Origin: a virus
Virus record (IMG/VR): IMGVR_UViG_3300028837_003833
Location: 49,910-113,909 of that record
Strand: one strand, 5' to 3'
DNA length: 64,000 nucleotides
Shown here: positions 1 to 10,562 of the stretch, piece by piece
Numbering within the stretch: the first letter of the stretch is position 1
Layout: the number at the start of each line of letters is the position of its first letter
The notes under the pieces: model-generated
Seen by the model: the letters and a program-made list of their open reading frames with translations, nothing else
Told to the model about the DNA's origin: nothing
The model's database searches: none
Program-made: the position numbers and the translations under genes

Positions 1-3000
1 TCAGTAACAACCGTAGTCTTTAAAAAATAATGATAAAGTACGAGAGATCCCCGATATTGTTGACCCTTAAATTTATTAAATCCACGCTGATAATCAGGAT
101 CATCGTGTGTTTCATAACCCACTAAGTTATATAAATCTTGATCATCTAAATTATTCTGTACCATTTTAGCAGAATAAATCTCAGTATAATCATGATAACC
201 TGTTACATTCTCAGACAATTCTTCTAACATCTTATAAGGTACTCTAGAATTTATACCATTATAGTATGTCGAAGTATTCGGATTATTTGGATTAGATTGA
301 TATTTAACTGAAATAGGATCTTGAGGAACTTTACTCAAACCAATTTTACTATAGTCCAGATAATTAGCCGTAAAAACATAAGTAATACCTTCAAGATCTC
401 CACCTGCAGGGGCAAAATCATCTTCAATATGGAAAATAACTTTATTGGTTCCAAAACCTTCCCACGTCCCACTCACAGGTTCATTTGTGATTTCACCATC
501 TCTACTTACAAAAGCAGTATAATAAGATGGATCATTATGATAAAGACCTGTATCAATAGGACCAAAAGTTAATTCCGCAGTAGTAATAATAATATTGGGA
601 TCAAGTACTTTTTGATCTGGTGTTATAACCGCTGCAGAAGAAACACCACCTGTTACCAAATTATTATTATCAGTCTCACCCGTATAAGTATCTACCATCA
701 TAAGTGTCGAACCGTATTGTAAACCCTGCTGATCTTTATCACTTAAATTAGTGTAAAGAGAATTCGACAATAATTTCTCAAGATTTTTTTCCAGAAAATA
801 ACTATATGATTGAATATTTATCTGTCTTCTGATATCAATCACATCATTAGCTACAATATGATTATACGTTAAACCATCAGGTCTTATAGCTCCAAGACTA
901 AAATCAGTGGATCCATTGATATTATTATTTACATCAAAAGCAGAAGAATTTCTACGGGTAACAAAAAACATAGGTATAGACCAGCTATAACCATCATAGG
1001 TGTTACGGCACCGAGCTCTCCATAATCCATAATCACCATTTTCCTCACCCATGTTTACAAAAATGTAACTGCCAGAATCCGTAGTACTAAGATTTGGACC
1101 AAGGCTATAAATAAAGTCATGACCAAGACCTGCCTCAGTATAAACATAAGGGTCAACCCCTTCAGCGATTCTTATTCTGTATTGAATTTGAATACGTTTA
1201 GTAGTCTCAACTCCTACCTGAGGATCAATAATATTATCAGGAAGATATTCCTCAGTCCCTGAAAGAACATTACCCTCGGGATAAATACGACCAACTGATT
1301 TTGTAACAAGATCAGTTTCTTGTACAGAAGGAGTACTTCCACTATAATCTACAATAGTACCATCAGCACCACAGTACCATCCAATAAGGTCATCAACAAA
1401 ATAAACATTTTCCAAATCCACCCCTACACCAAGATCAAGAATTTCCCATTTTGCACCACTATTACTGCTATAAAGTGCTGCACCATAATCACCAACTATC
1501 CAAGCTTTATCTTCTACTGAAAAAGAAATTTCAGCTGGAGTAACACTTGAAAAGCTACCATAAGAGGGTCTGAAATCAGATGGTCTACTAAAAGGCTCAT
1601 AATCGATTGAAGCCTCAAAAACTCTTACTTTTTCACGATCATCATTTGGGAGAGAAGCATCCGATAACTTATAAGGACTCACAATAAGATTTATAGCATC
1701 CTTAAGTTCTTCTGAATTAGCATACATATCAAGATTAAGAACATTTATATAGTTAATATTATCTTGTACCCCTGTGTATTCTAGTACAAAAGAGTTTGGA
1801 TAATTCGATGGAGAAATCTTATAAATAAGATTTTTAAAGAAATTCTTGGAACTCGGATATACTGCTACTGTAAATTTAATAGGGTATTCTCGTTTAATAA
1901 AAACTTTATTAAAACTTGTTGTTCTTTCTGGGTATATCTCAGAAATAGATTTATATTCCCCATCATACCAGATACGATCAGACATCTCAGACCAAGAAAA
2001 TCCACTATCTGATGTCCTGAAAATTTTCCCATCATCTGATATCGCTATACCATCATTTAAGTTATAAAAACCCATAGAGGTAATATTTGATGTTATTGTC
2101 ACTCCCAAAGCTACATTTGTCATATTATATTTCTGCCAAATGCTTCCCCCATCCTTTGTCATAATAAGGGTACCATCATTACCCGCTGCCCATCCCACTG
2201 CCACATCATAAAAGTATACGGTATTAAGGTGTTCAGTAACACTCGAAGTCTGAGAAGAAATGAGAAAGTTAGTCCCATCGATAGATAACAAAACAGTTCC
2301 ATTGTCACCAACGATACAGATGTTATTATCACCTATGATATATAAATCATTTAAAGTATCAGTTACAGGACTCTCAAGAGCAAACCAAGTTTCTCCACTA
2401 TCAATAGTCTTAAGAATTACTCCATTGATACCAATAGCATACCCAAGATAAAGATTATAAAAAGCGACTTTATTGAATGTAGTATTAATAGGAGTCTCTA
2501 TCGAAATCCAATTTATACCACCATCAATAGTTTTAAGTATCGTACCCGTTTCTCCTACACACCAACCAATATTTTCATTATACATCCAAAGACCTTTTAA
2601 AGTACTTACTTTAGATATAGGCTGTGGTTTTGATATTTCTTCTGTTGAATCAGAAGCATTACCACTTTGAGGAGATACTATAGCTCTCCATACTTCGAGA
2701 AAAACACCATCTACTCTAGAACCTGATCTTATTGAGTCATTAAATTGAATATCATTCACATGACGCAATGGTGAATTAGTATTTGTTACATAAACAGGCC
2801 ATCCATTTACCATGGCTACTTCCGGTTTAGCGCCCTCTGGATCCTGTGTATAAAAACTATTCTCAAGATCATTAGAGGTATATATCTGTCTATAGCTTAA
2901 CCAACCAGAAGGTATATGAGCTGTTGACTTACGAGTATTAATCTCCTGAAATTCTTGAGCGGAATTAAGCTCTGTATCTAATGGAGGTTTACCTTTTTGG

Positions 3001-3074
3001 AAAACAACCTTATCAAAAGCATATCCCAATCCCTCTAATGAGGTAGAAGTATTTTCTTCGTTGTTGGTAGCCAT
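1..3074 (-). CDS. Large tail/baseplate-associated protein with BNR/YCF48-like beta-propeller repeats (3' end runs off the window)
   Basis: Not in the ORF track. ATG at 3074 (MATNNEENTSTSLEGLGYAFDKVVFQKGKPPLDTELN...); my translation stays open to the window edge. Repeated GWxVGxxGxILKTxDGGxxW-type motifs (GWCVGETGTILKTIDGGINW, GYAIGINGVILKTIDSGETW, GWAAGNDGTLIMTKDGGSIW). Directly downstream of the baseplate J gene. Confidence 0.8.
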   Translation of the reverse strand, partial: MATNNEENTSTSLEGLGYAFDKVVFQKGKPPLDTELNSAQEFQEINTRKSTAHIPSGWLSYRQIYTSNDLENSFYTQDPEGAKPEVAMVNGWPVYVTNTNSPLRHVNDIQFNDSIRSGSRVDGVFLEVWRAIVSPQSGNASDSTEEISKPQPISKVSTLKGLWMYNENIGWCVGETGTILKTIDGGINWISIETPINTTFNKVAFYNLYLGYAIGINGVILKTIDSGETWFALESPVTDTLNDLYIIGDNNICIVGDNGTVLLSIDGTNFLISSQTSSVTEHLNTVYFYDVAVGWAAGNDGTLIMTKDGGSIWQKYNMTNVALGVTITSNITSMGFYNLNDGIAISDDGKIFRTSDSGFSWSEMSDRIWYDGEYKSISEIYPERTTSFNKVFIKREYPIKFTVAVYPSSKNFFKNLIYKISPSNYPNSFVLEYTGVQDNINYINVLNLDMYANSEELKDAINLIVSPYKLSDASLPNDDREKVRVFEASIDYEPFSRPSDFRPSYGSFSSVTPAEISFSVEDKAWIVGDYGAALYSSNSGAKWEILDLGVGVDLENVYFVDDLIGWYCGADGTIVDYSGSTPSVQETDLVTKSVGRIYPEGNVLSGTEEYLPDNIIDPQVGVETTKRIQIQYRIRIAEGVDPYVYTEAGLGHDFIYSLGPNLSTTDSGSYIFVNMGEENGDYGLWRARCRNTYDGYSWSIPMFFVTRRNSSAFDVNNNINGSTDFSLGAIRPDGLTYNHIVANDVIDIRRQINIQSYSYFLEKNLEKLLSNSLYTNLSDKDQQGLQYGSTLMMVDTYTGETDNNNLVTGGVSSAAVITPDQKVLDPNIIITTAELTFGPIDTGLYHNDPSYYTAFVSRDGEITNEPVSGTWEGFGTNKVIFHIEDDFAPAGGDLEGITYVFTANYLDYSKIGLSKVPQDPISVKYQSNPNNPNTSTYYNGINSRVPYKMLEELSENVTGYHDYTEIYSAKMVQNNLDDQDLYNLVGYETHDDPDYQRGFNKFKGQQYRGSLVLYHYFLKTTVVT

Positions 3075-3077
3075 ACT

Positions 3078-6000
3078 TTAATATCCTCGTTTGTTTACTT
3101 TCTCATCAACTATTTCTATATCTCTCAAACTAATATTATCTATTTCTAAATATTCAATCTCAGACGTATAAATATCATCCACCGGATTTTCATCAGCAGC
3201 ATAATAAGTAAAATATGATACTTTATAATATTTAGTCTGCGGTGGGGCTCCATCAGTAGTACTTACAATAATTTTACCATCAGATTGTATATAAGATCTT
3301 CCAATACCCTTCGAAACTTCAATAGGAGTATTAACAAGTTCTAATACTTTATTATCCTCATAAACTCCTCTAAAGTAATTAGAGTCACCACCGTTATCTG
3401 AAGTGTTATAGGTCAGTACACTATTGATACTTCTATATGAAGTAACCCCCGATGCACTTGTTTTACTATAAACTTCAAATGTAGTATATCCTACATCGTC
3501 CAGGGGTATAAAAGAACTATTCCTTTTCATCATCCTAGTAAAGGGTATCCGGATATCTTTCACTCCTTCTACAGTACGTACAATACTTGATACATCACTT
3601 TGAGTTAAAGTATCTCCCATTTTTAATCTAGATACCTGATTAGAAACAGCAGTAACTATTCGTGATTTCAAAATGTTTATATCAGTACCTGTTTTTCTTA
3701 CTACTACAAAGCTAATATCAGCAAAATTTCTTATAGCCTGTTTCGCTATAGTGTCTGCACAAGCATGCTTCATCTCATCAATTTTTATCTGTACTTGTCT
3801 TATGAGATCATTTGCTACAAAAGTTACATTAAAATTTTCACTAGCTTGATATGATACTGCTACCCGATCACCATGTCTTATTTTACTATGATAAAGAAGT
3901 TCAATATATGTATATGTAATATCACTTCCTACATCTATGGAATAATCGACATCCAGTATATATGGATCACCGCCCCCTACAGGAGTAATCACTATAGTTT
4001 TAATATTAACACCTTTTAATACAAGTCGTGCTGGACTATCATAAAGCATATCATGCTCTTCATCAATTACTGTAACAAATTCCTGAATATTATCTGATTC
4101 ATTGAAATAAAACTTCACAGCATCCTTAGCTATACTCGAATTTCCATTCATTAATGGATCTTCATATTTAACAAGTTCATACTTTGAAGTATCAATAACT
4201 GAACCTCCGGAAGTTGTAACTGAAACAATACTTTCAAGCGGCTGTTGTGATAAAACCAACATATTAGAACTTCTATACAAATACGCTACTTCAACAACAT
4301 CAAATGTAGATAAACCAATATTTGTATTCTGTTGATTTTTTTCAAGAAGAATTGTATTACCCTCTCCGATTATCTGAAGATTAGCTAATGAATAATCTTT
4401 ACCAAGAGTGATATTCCTAACTTTACTCACAGAAACTATAGGATTATCGACATTTACACTCTGATTTTTACACCTTAATCTAAAATCGGAAGCATCTGAA
4501 ATATAAAAAGGTTCTCCTACTTTATTTCCGTAAGTATCCGTAGGATATTCATAACTAAAAGCTACTTGATCAATCATTTGCATCAAGCGAGTACCTCGGA
4601 TATAAATATCTACTTTACCGCCAATATGCTTATTATCAGTAGCATCATAGTCTCTCATCATTAAAGGATCTCCAGCAATCTCTACTCTAGCTTGTATAAC
4701 GCCGGTAACATCCATAGAAACAGAATTATATCCACCCTCAGTACCTGAATCATAATCGAATTTAGCAACTTTTATTCTATCTGAGAATTCTTGATTGCTC
4801 TCCCGATTATTTCCATATCTTGTAGGAACCTCATTATTTACTCTTACACTTGGAGCTACATTCTGTGCTACCGTAATTGAACCTGCTGGGACATTACCAT
4901 TTTCTCCAGCAATTTGAGCTTCTATATCAGCCTGAATTTCATAACGTTTTGTAGTTGGGTTATAATAAATGTCAGGATTATCTGAACTAAGTATCTTCGT
5001 ACCCTTTATCACAAAATTAACAGCCCTTCTATTAAGATCATAATTAGCTAATGTTGAAACAATTGTATTATCGACAATGAGAATATCATTAGTAGGGCGT
5101 ACTTCAGTGTAAAAAACCACAGAACCTATAGAATATGTAGTCCCTTTTCTTGTAAGATTATAGTTTGATCCAAATTTATCAAATTGCTCATCAATTAACA
5201 ATTGAAGATTAGAAATATCTCTAAGACCTAATGCTGATGCCAAAGCTCTTTTACGAGTACTTGTTGAAACAGAATCGCTTACTCCATCACCATCTGCGTC
5301 ATCAAATTGTAAAAGAGTATCAAGAGATGAGCATGCAAAAATAAAGTCTTGTATCACATACATTTTTTCGAATTCTAAAGCCACAGGATCAGATATATCG
5401 CGAATAACAGATCCTGGTACAACATTAATTTGATCATTATTAACCATCATCTCTTTAGAAATAGAGAAAAGTACATCACTTCTTGATCTTTTAGGAAGAG
5501 TCTGATAATCGGTAGAATATTTTAAAAATTGACCTTCAAGCTCTTGAGAATAGGGGCTTTCAATTAATTGATTAAGAGCGTTATCAAATGTTCTTACCGT
5601 AGATATCAAATAATAAATAATGTCATTACTTAATGTCTGACCATCAGAAAGAAAAATATTAGGGATTTTACCTTCTTGTACGAGTCTAGCGATAACTGCT
5701 TTATTTAGTGTATAAGTATAATATTCATTAGTTACCTGTTTAGTTCTTTTTGTAGTGACCGTAAGATCATTAACCGTATCTTCATATGAAGATTCTTCTA
5801 CTAAAACATCTTCACTTTCTCTTTCATCAACATCTGTTATTGGTACATCATTCATAAGTACATAATCAGTACCAGGAGTTAAACTCATGAAAAAGTTACA
5901 ACCAGAAAAATCATTATTCTCATTAAGAACTATACCCGATGATGGTATCAATATTTTGATGCTATCATCATATCTTTTAATCTTCATACCCGTAGGAGGA

Positions 6001-6437
6001 TAAGCAGATGCTGTGATATCATTTATTGCAGTAATATATGCTATAATCGTTGAATATTCACTATAATCCAATACTTCACCAATATGCGATAAAGTATTAC
6101 TTACTTTATATGCCTTAAAATCCAAGGTAAGAATATCACCAGCAATAAGTTCAAATATCCCTTCTGAATAAAAAGACCAAGGTATTTCTGTGATAGAAGA
6201 ATTTGAAGTACCTACGGTTATATTATTGGTCGATTCTATTGACCAAGTCCCGGAGACACCCGCACGATCAATTTTATAACGAAATTTAACTATAATATTT
6301 TCCCCAGTAGTTATCTCTCCAGATACTACAGGAACTTCTCCAGAAATAGCTTGAAGAAGGTCATTAGAATAATAAACCTGATCTCCTGTAGCAGACCAGT
6401 TAGTCTTAGGGAATAAAATTATAGGTGCAGGTATCAT
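3078..6437 (-). CDS. Baseplate J-like wedge protein, extended (1119 aa)
   Basis: Baseplate-J motifs: VPGSVIRD, IEAQIAGENGNVPAGSIT, GNNRESNQEFSDRI, GVIQARV, VSSIVRTVEGV; adjacent to the gp25-like gene. Confidence 0.85.
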   Translation of the reverse strand: MIPAPIILFPKTNWSATGDQVYYSNDLLQAISGEVPVVSGEITTGENIIVKFRYKIDRAGVSGTWSIESTNNITVGTSNSSITEIPWSFYSEGIFELIAGDILTLDFKAYKVSNTLSHIGEVLDYSEYSTIIAYITAINDITASAYPPTGMKIKRYDDSIKILIPSSGIVLNENNDFSGCNFFMSLTPGTDYVLMNDVPITDVDERESEDVLVEESSYEDTVNDLTVTTKRTKQVTNEYYTYTLNKAVIARLVQEGKIPNIFLSDGQTLSNDIIYYLISTVRTFDNALNQLIESPYSQELEGQFLKYSTDYQTLPKRSRSDVLFSISKEMMVNNDQINVVPGSVIRDISDPVALEFEKMYVIQDFIFACSSLDTLLQFDDADGDGVSDSVSTSTRKRALASALGLRDISNLQLLIDEQFDKFGSNYNLTRKGTTYSIGSVVFYTEVRPTNDILIVDNTIVSTLANYDLNRRAVNFVIKGTKILSSDNPDIYYNPTTKRYEIQADIEAQIAGENGNVPAGSITVAQNVAPSVRVNNEVPTRYGNNRESNQEFSDRIKVAKFDYDSGTEGGYNSVSMDVTGVIQARVEIAGDPLMMRDYDATDNKHIGGKVDIYIRGTRLMQMIDQVAFSYEYPTDTYGNKVGEPFYISDASDFRLRCKNQSVNVDNPIVSVSKVRNITLGKDYSLANLQIIGEGNTILLEKNQQNTNIGLSTFDVVEVAYLYRSSNMLVLSQQPLESIVSVTTSGGSVIDTSKYELVKYEDPLMNGNSSIAKDAVKFYFNESDNIQEFVTVIDEEHDMLYDSPARLVLKGVNIKTIVITPVGGGDPYILDVDYSIDVGSDITYTYIELLYHSKIRHGDRVAVSYQASENFNVTFVANDLIRQVQIKIDEMKHACADTIAKQAIRNFADISFVVVRKTGTDINILKSRIVTAVSNQVSRLKMGDTLTQSDVSSIVRTVEGVKDIRIPFTRMMKRNSSFIPLDDVGYTTFEVYSKTSASGVTSYRSINSVLTYNTSDNGGDSNYFRGVYEDNKVLELVNTPIEVSKGIGRSYIQSDGKIIVSTTDGAPPQTKYYKVSYFTYYAADENPVDDIYTSEIEYLEIDNISLRDIEIVDEKVNKRGY

Positions 6438-6440
6438 ATT

Positions 6441-7187
6441 TTAATTAACCAATCGTAGTCTTGCAGTGTCATTCATACTTATATATTGTGTATACTCAAC
6501 ATTAACATTACCCTGAGATGTAAAAGTAACTATCACCTGAATCAAAGAAGGGTCTTCTGTATTCAGAATATCTATTTTAAGTAATTTTCCGAATAATTCT
6601 CCAGGAGAAAAAGTTCTACCAGATGCTATCATTTGTCTTTGTGTATTCCTAAGTTTTTCGATAGCAGAATTTACTTGTTCACGAATTCTATTAAACAAAA
6701 GATCTCTATCAAAAATTTTTGTTCCTATAAGAGAATGAAGTTCCGTCCCATACCAATCATGAAAAACATTAGAAGAAAGTTTTGTCACAAGAATCTTTTC
6801 AACCTGTTGTAAAAGAAGAAGTTCTCTATCAACTACATCTATATCTCCATTACCATTAATAATCCAATCATCAACCGTTTTTACATTAAGGCATTTTGGA
6901 CATGTATCTGCAAAAGTAGTATAAAAAAGTTCTATAATCGGATCGTAATGCTTAATCTTCGTTATAAATTCAAGCCTTGAAATAACTACAAGACTTAATG
7001 GCTCACGTGATGTTTTAACACCATATGTCGAATAAGGTACAACAACACCATTCATACGAACTTTTAAAGAAGACAACGCAGCCAATGGATATTGAAAGTA
7101 CACCGTTCGGCTATCAGATTCAAGTTGAGCTCTAGCCCAAAGAATCTTATGATCACAATAATTCTGTAGTCTGATATCATATGACAT
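6441..7187 (-). CDS. Baseplate wedge protein, gp25/GPW-like C-terminal domain
   Basis: KILVTKLSSNVFHDWYGTELHSLIG resembles the gp25 TxxGERxxxPxYG motif; position next to baseplate J. Confidence 0.7.
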   Translation of the reverse strand: MSYDIRLQNYCDHKILWARAQLESDSRTVYFQYPLAALSSLKVRMNGVVVPYSTYGVKTSREPLSLVVISRLEFITKIKHYDPIIELFYTTFADTCPKCLNVKTVDDWIINGNGDIDVVDRELLLLQQVEKILVTKLSSNVFHDWYGTELHSLIGTKIFDRDLLFNRIREQVNSAIEKLRNTQRQMIASGRTFSPGELFGKLLKIDILNTEDPSLIQVIVTFTSQGNVNVEYTQYISMNDTARLRLVN

Positions 7188-7203
7188 AATAATTAGCCAA
7201 ACA

Positions 7204-7219
7204 TAATAGTAGATTATTA
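7204..7219 (-). promoter_or_regulatory. Putative phage late promoter motif (TAATAATCTACTATTA)
   Basis: Copy of the recurring TAATAATC-NNY-TAATA motif, 16 nt upstream of the ATG at 7187. Confidence 0.65.
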
Positions 7220-7241
7220 AGCTACAGACAGAATGTGCAGG

Positions 7242-8720
7242 TTATGTAGATAGAATATCTGTAGGGGCTTCCGTAAGTTTTTCCAAAGCAAGAGCTCTAA
7301 TATTGGTCTTACTTTTGCCCGTTTTAAGATCAGTATTATCTTTTTTTATAAAGATAATATTACCATTTTCATCCATAGATTCTACTTCATCGCAAAAAGG
7401 GATATTTCCGCCATACTTTTGACGAACTTTTTCCCGAAGATGATCCTCAAGGTTAATGGTACGATCATAAAAAAATGTTACAGGGAAACCTATAGTCTTT
7501 GCCATCTTCCTTAAAAAATGAGAACTTGCTCTAACAAATTTTGAATCCAAATTCTCAATTCCTAATTGAAGATGACTTTTAAAGCTATTTATACTCTGAT
7601 TTACACCCAACCTCACAGTATAATTATCATTTGTGACATCCTTAAGAGTATCTGGTACTATTGTTTTCTTTGAAACATAAGAATTGGCAATAGCATTCGT
7701 AGAGGTTATAAGAGAATCTACCACAGAATTACCAACCCCTTTTACTCCTCTTATAGCATCAAGGGTATTTTTTGAATTAAAAATTAATTGATCGATGTCT
7801 TTAGCTAAAAGATCCAATTTTTTAAGAATAGAAGTTTTGTAAGATATAGCATCTATATATTTTTCTGGTAACACTTTAATAAGACCATTGGAAGAGTTAT
7901 TTGATTCTTTTATAGAATAACCCTCATCAGAACTAAAGAAATAAGCAATTTCCCTAAATACCAACGTATAAATACCTAATTGCTCTTTATCGAAAACAGT
8001 AAGTTTATAATTATCCTGCAGGGTAATACCCATTTTCATGAGTGTCTTTTTCTTATTGTAGTATTCAGTACTATATCTATTGAAATAATTATTTTGAAAC
8101 TTAGTATAAGATTCAGCAGTAAAAGTATCTGGAATTGCTGTAATTAAATATTTGAAATCAAGAAGATTTTGATAAAGAGAACGAATTTTATCAAGATTAC
8201 TTACCGCATCATTATATTCAGTCTGATACTCCTCTAACCTTTCTTTATACTCAGTAATAGTTTTATCTACTGATTCCAAATCTGCCTCTAATTCAGATTT
8301 ACGTAACCTCATTCTCAAAAGACTATAAACATATTCCTCTATTTCATCCTGTAATGTTTCATATTTATTCTGAAGAAGATTAAGAGTACGTAAAAATGTT
8401 GGATTAGGGTTATTTGAAAGCATAGCATTTTCGATAGGTATTTCAGTCAGAGATTGACTTGAAACAGTAAATGGCATCACAGAATCCGCTGTAACAGTAC
8501 TGAAAATAGGAAAAGTTGTTTCTACTCCATAGCTATTAAGAAAAGATATAAATTCTTCTCTTGTAATCGATATCATCTTAGCTAAGTCTGCTATTTCCTT
8601 CTTTAATAATCTCCTTTTATCCTCAACCTTATCTTTATTATTCTCAGCAATAGTATATAGATCCTCTATTTCAGCAATACTATTATTTTTATTATAATTA
8701 TCTTTAATTCTTCTTGACAT
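7242..8720 (-). CDS. Hypothetical coiled-coil protein (492 aa), baseplate region
   Basis: Long ORF with heptad-rich N-terminal half; tight spacing with neighbours. Confidence 0.8.
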   Translation of the reverse strand: MSRRIKDNYNKNNSIAEIEDLYTIAENNKDKVEDKRRLLKKEIADLAKMISITREEFISFLNSYGVETTFPIFSTVTADSVMPFTVSSQSLTEIPIENAMLSNNPNPTFLRTLNLLQNKYETLQDEIEEYVYSLLRMRLRKSELEADLESVDKTITEYKERLEEYQTEYNDAVSNLDKIRSLYQNLLDFKYLITAIPDTFTAESYTKFQNNYFNRYSTEYYNKKKTLMKMGITLQDNYKLTVFDKEQLGIYTLVFREIAYFFSSDEGYSIKESNNSSNGLIKVLPEKYIDAISYKTSILKKLDLLAKDIDQLIFNSKNTLDAIRGVKGVGNSVVDSLITSTNAIANSYVSKKTIVPDTLKDVTNDNYTVRLGVNQSINSFKSHLQLGIENLDSKFVRASSHFLRKMAKTIGFPVTFFYDRTINLEDHLREKVRQKYGGNIPFCDEVESMDENGNIIFIKKDNTDLKTGKSKTNIRALALEKLTEAPTDILST

Positions 8721-8723
8721 AAT

Positions 8724-10454
8724 CTACTCCAGCCCTAACATTTTCAATAAAGTTTCTATAGCTTTACCTGAACTAGCATATCTTTTTTTAGCATTTTCTA
8801 TATTAGATTCCGGAACAATTAATTTTAATCTCTCAGGATTTGATAAATCAGGAATACCATATAATAAAATTAGACCAAACATTATTCCTTTTTCATTAAA
8901 TTTTGCTATAGGAGAATTTTTAGTTATTTTTGCAGAATTACTAAGAAATTCAGATAATTTTTTTGTACTTTTTGGGACTTCATTTTTCGAATTACCAGAA
9001 TTACAAGCCTTATTAAAACGATCAACAAAACCTTTCATACCCCCGGTTTCAAGAGGCATCTTCAATACCATAAAAGTACCACGAGTAGTAAAAGAACTAA
9101 GTCTAAATATGATATTTTTAATTTTTTCAAGTATCTCTAACAAATTCTCTATTCTCTCACCATAAAATTTTAAATAATTATTTATAGCAGTACTACTGGT
9201 ATCGACAAGCCCTATAAGAGTATCTGCCAGGACATCTAGACTATCATACATATCATCAAGTTGATTACCAAGCATTCTACGTACTGTAACAGATTGCCAA
9301 TCTCCCTCCATATCAAACGGAGACATAAGTTCACCACTTATCGATAAATTCATATATTTCTTAAGTTCAGAAAGGGGTATACACTCTCTTGGAACATTAG
9401 CGGATATTGTTGGTGTAGCTATTGGACTACTTATAGATTTCAAATGAGGATTATTGTCCAGATAGTCTTCTCCAAAAACAGAGTATATTTTGTAATAATA
9501 TAAAGTTTCTTCAGTAACATCAAAATCTATATAACTATATGTAGGTTTAAAACTACTATAATTAACTTTTACCATAGGTAAATTATCTGAAAAAACTTGT
9601 ATATTAATATCTAAACCATTAATTTCCCCTTTAATAGGTACCCCTCTAAAAGATAACGATCGATATACATAAAAAGATCCTACGGGAGAATCTGGAGACT
9701 CCCAAGTTAGTTTTACTCCTAAAGTCTTCTTTCCATCTTTTTTATAAAAGCCGGGAATAGCTTTAAATTTACGAGCCGGTGAAGGATATGGTATTTTAAA
9801 CCCGAATAAACTTCCCAATTTTCTAAAGTTATCCATAAGATCACTTAAATAATTAGGATCATCTACACCACCAAGCATAGCAATAATAACTCCTCCTACT
9901 TTATCTGCATCTTCAAATTTAGGTGCATCTGGATCTTTACTACTTAAACATGTAGCGTTTACTCTTGAAATAAACTCTTGATACCCTCCAAAAGTAGGAA
10001 CCGTGTAATTAGGAAATGTTTTATCGAAATTTGGGATAATGAGACTAGAATAAAGACCTGTAGAAGTTAAAGAATCTACAAATTCTTTCAATTCTTTAGC
10101 TAGCTGCTTTATTGCAAATTTCAAAAATGCAGAAGTAGAATTTACATTACTACTAAACAATCGTATAATTTTAAGTAATTGTGTAATAACATCAGTTATT
10201 TGATCAAGTTTCTTAAAAAACTTTTCAGCTCCTACTACTGTAGTATCAATACCCTCTAAAGTAAGTGATATAGTCCAATTATACCAACTATCTCCTCCTT
10301 CATCAGTTTGTATAATAGGAGGATTTGATGCCGCTAGTATATCAAGAGAAGGTTTTAACGTATATTCCTTTAAAGTAATAGTAGGAATATCAAAATCATA
10401 AAGTTTTGGCTTTACAAATTCTGATACTATATCATACTTAATTCTTACTGACAT
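8724..10454 (-). CDS. Hypothetical virion protein with a central fibronectin-III-like domain flanked by helical regions (576 aa)
   Basis: VKLTWESP...FYVYRS...YSYIDFDVTEETLYYYKIYSV is an Fn3-type pattern. Confidence 0.7.
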   Translation of the reverse strand: MSVRIKYDIVSEFVKPKLYDFDIPTITLKEYTLKPSLDILAASNPPIIQTDEGGDSWYNWTISLTLEGIDTTVVGAEKFFKKLDQITDVITQLLKIIRLFSSNVNSTSAFLKFAIKQLAKELKEFVDSLTSTGLYSSLIIPNFDKTFPNYTVPTFGGYQEFISRVNATCLSSKDPDAPKFEDADKVGGVIIAMLGGVDDPNYLSDLMDNFRKLGSLFGFKIPYPSPARKFKAIPGFYKKDGKKTLGVKLTWESPDSPVGSFYVYRSLSFRGVPIKGEINGLDINIQVFSDNLPMVKVNYSSFKPTYSYIDFDVTEETLYYYKIYSVFGEDYLDNNPHLKSISSPIATPTISANVPRECIPLSELKKYMNLSISGELMSPFDMEGDWQSVTVRRMLGNQLDDMYDSLDVLADTLIGLVDTSSTAINNYLKFYGERIENLLEILEKIKNIIFRLSSFTTRGTFMVLKMPLETGGMKGFVDRFNKACNSGNSKNEVPKSTKKLSEFLSNSAKITKNSPIAKFNEKGIMFGLILLYGIPDLSNPERLKLIVPESNIENAKKRYASSGKAIETLLKMLGLE

Positions 10455-10562
10455 TTTTTATTTCCTTTTCAATAGCTTTACGCAGGCGACAAACATGAGG
10501 AGCAAATAAATTTGCTATGCCACCACTCTTACCTGCTTCTACCATTACCCACTGAGGTTCTT

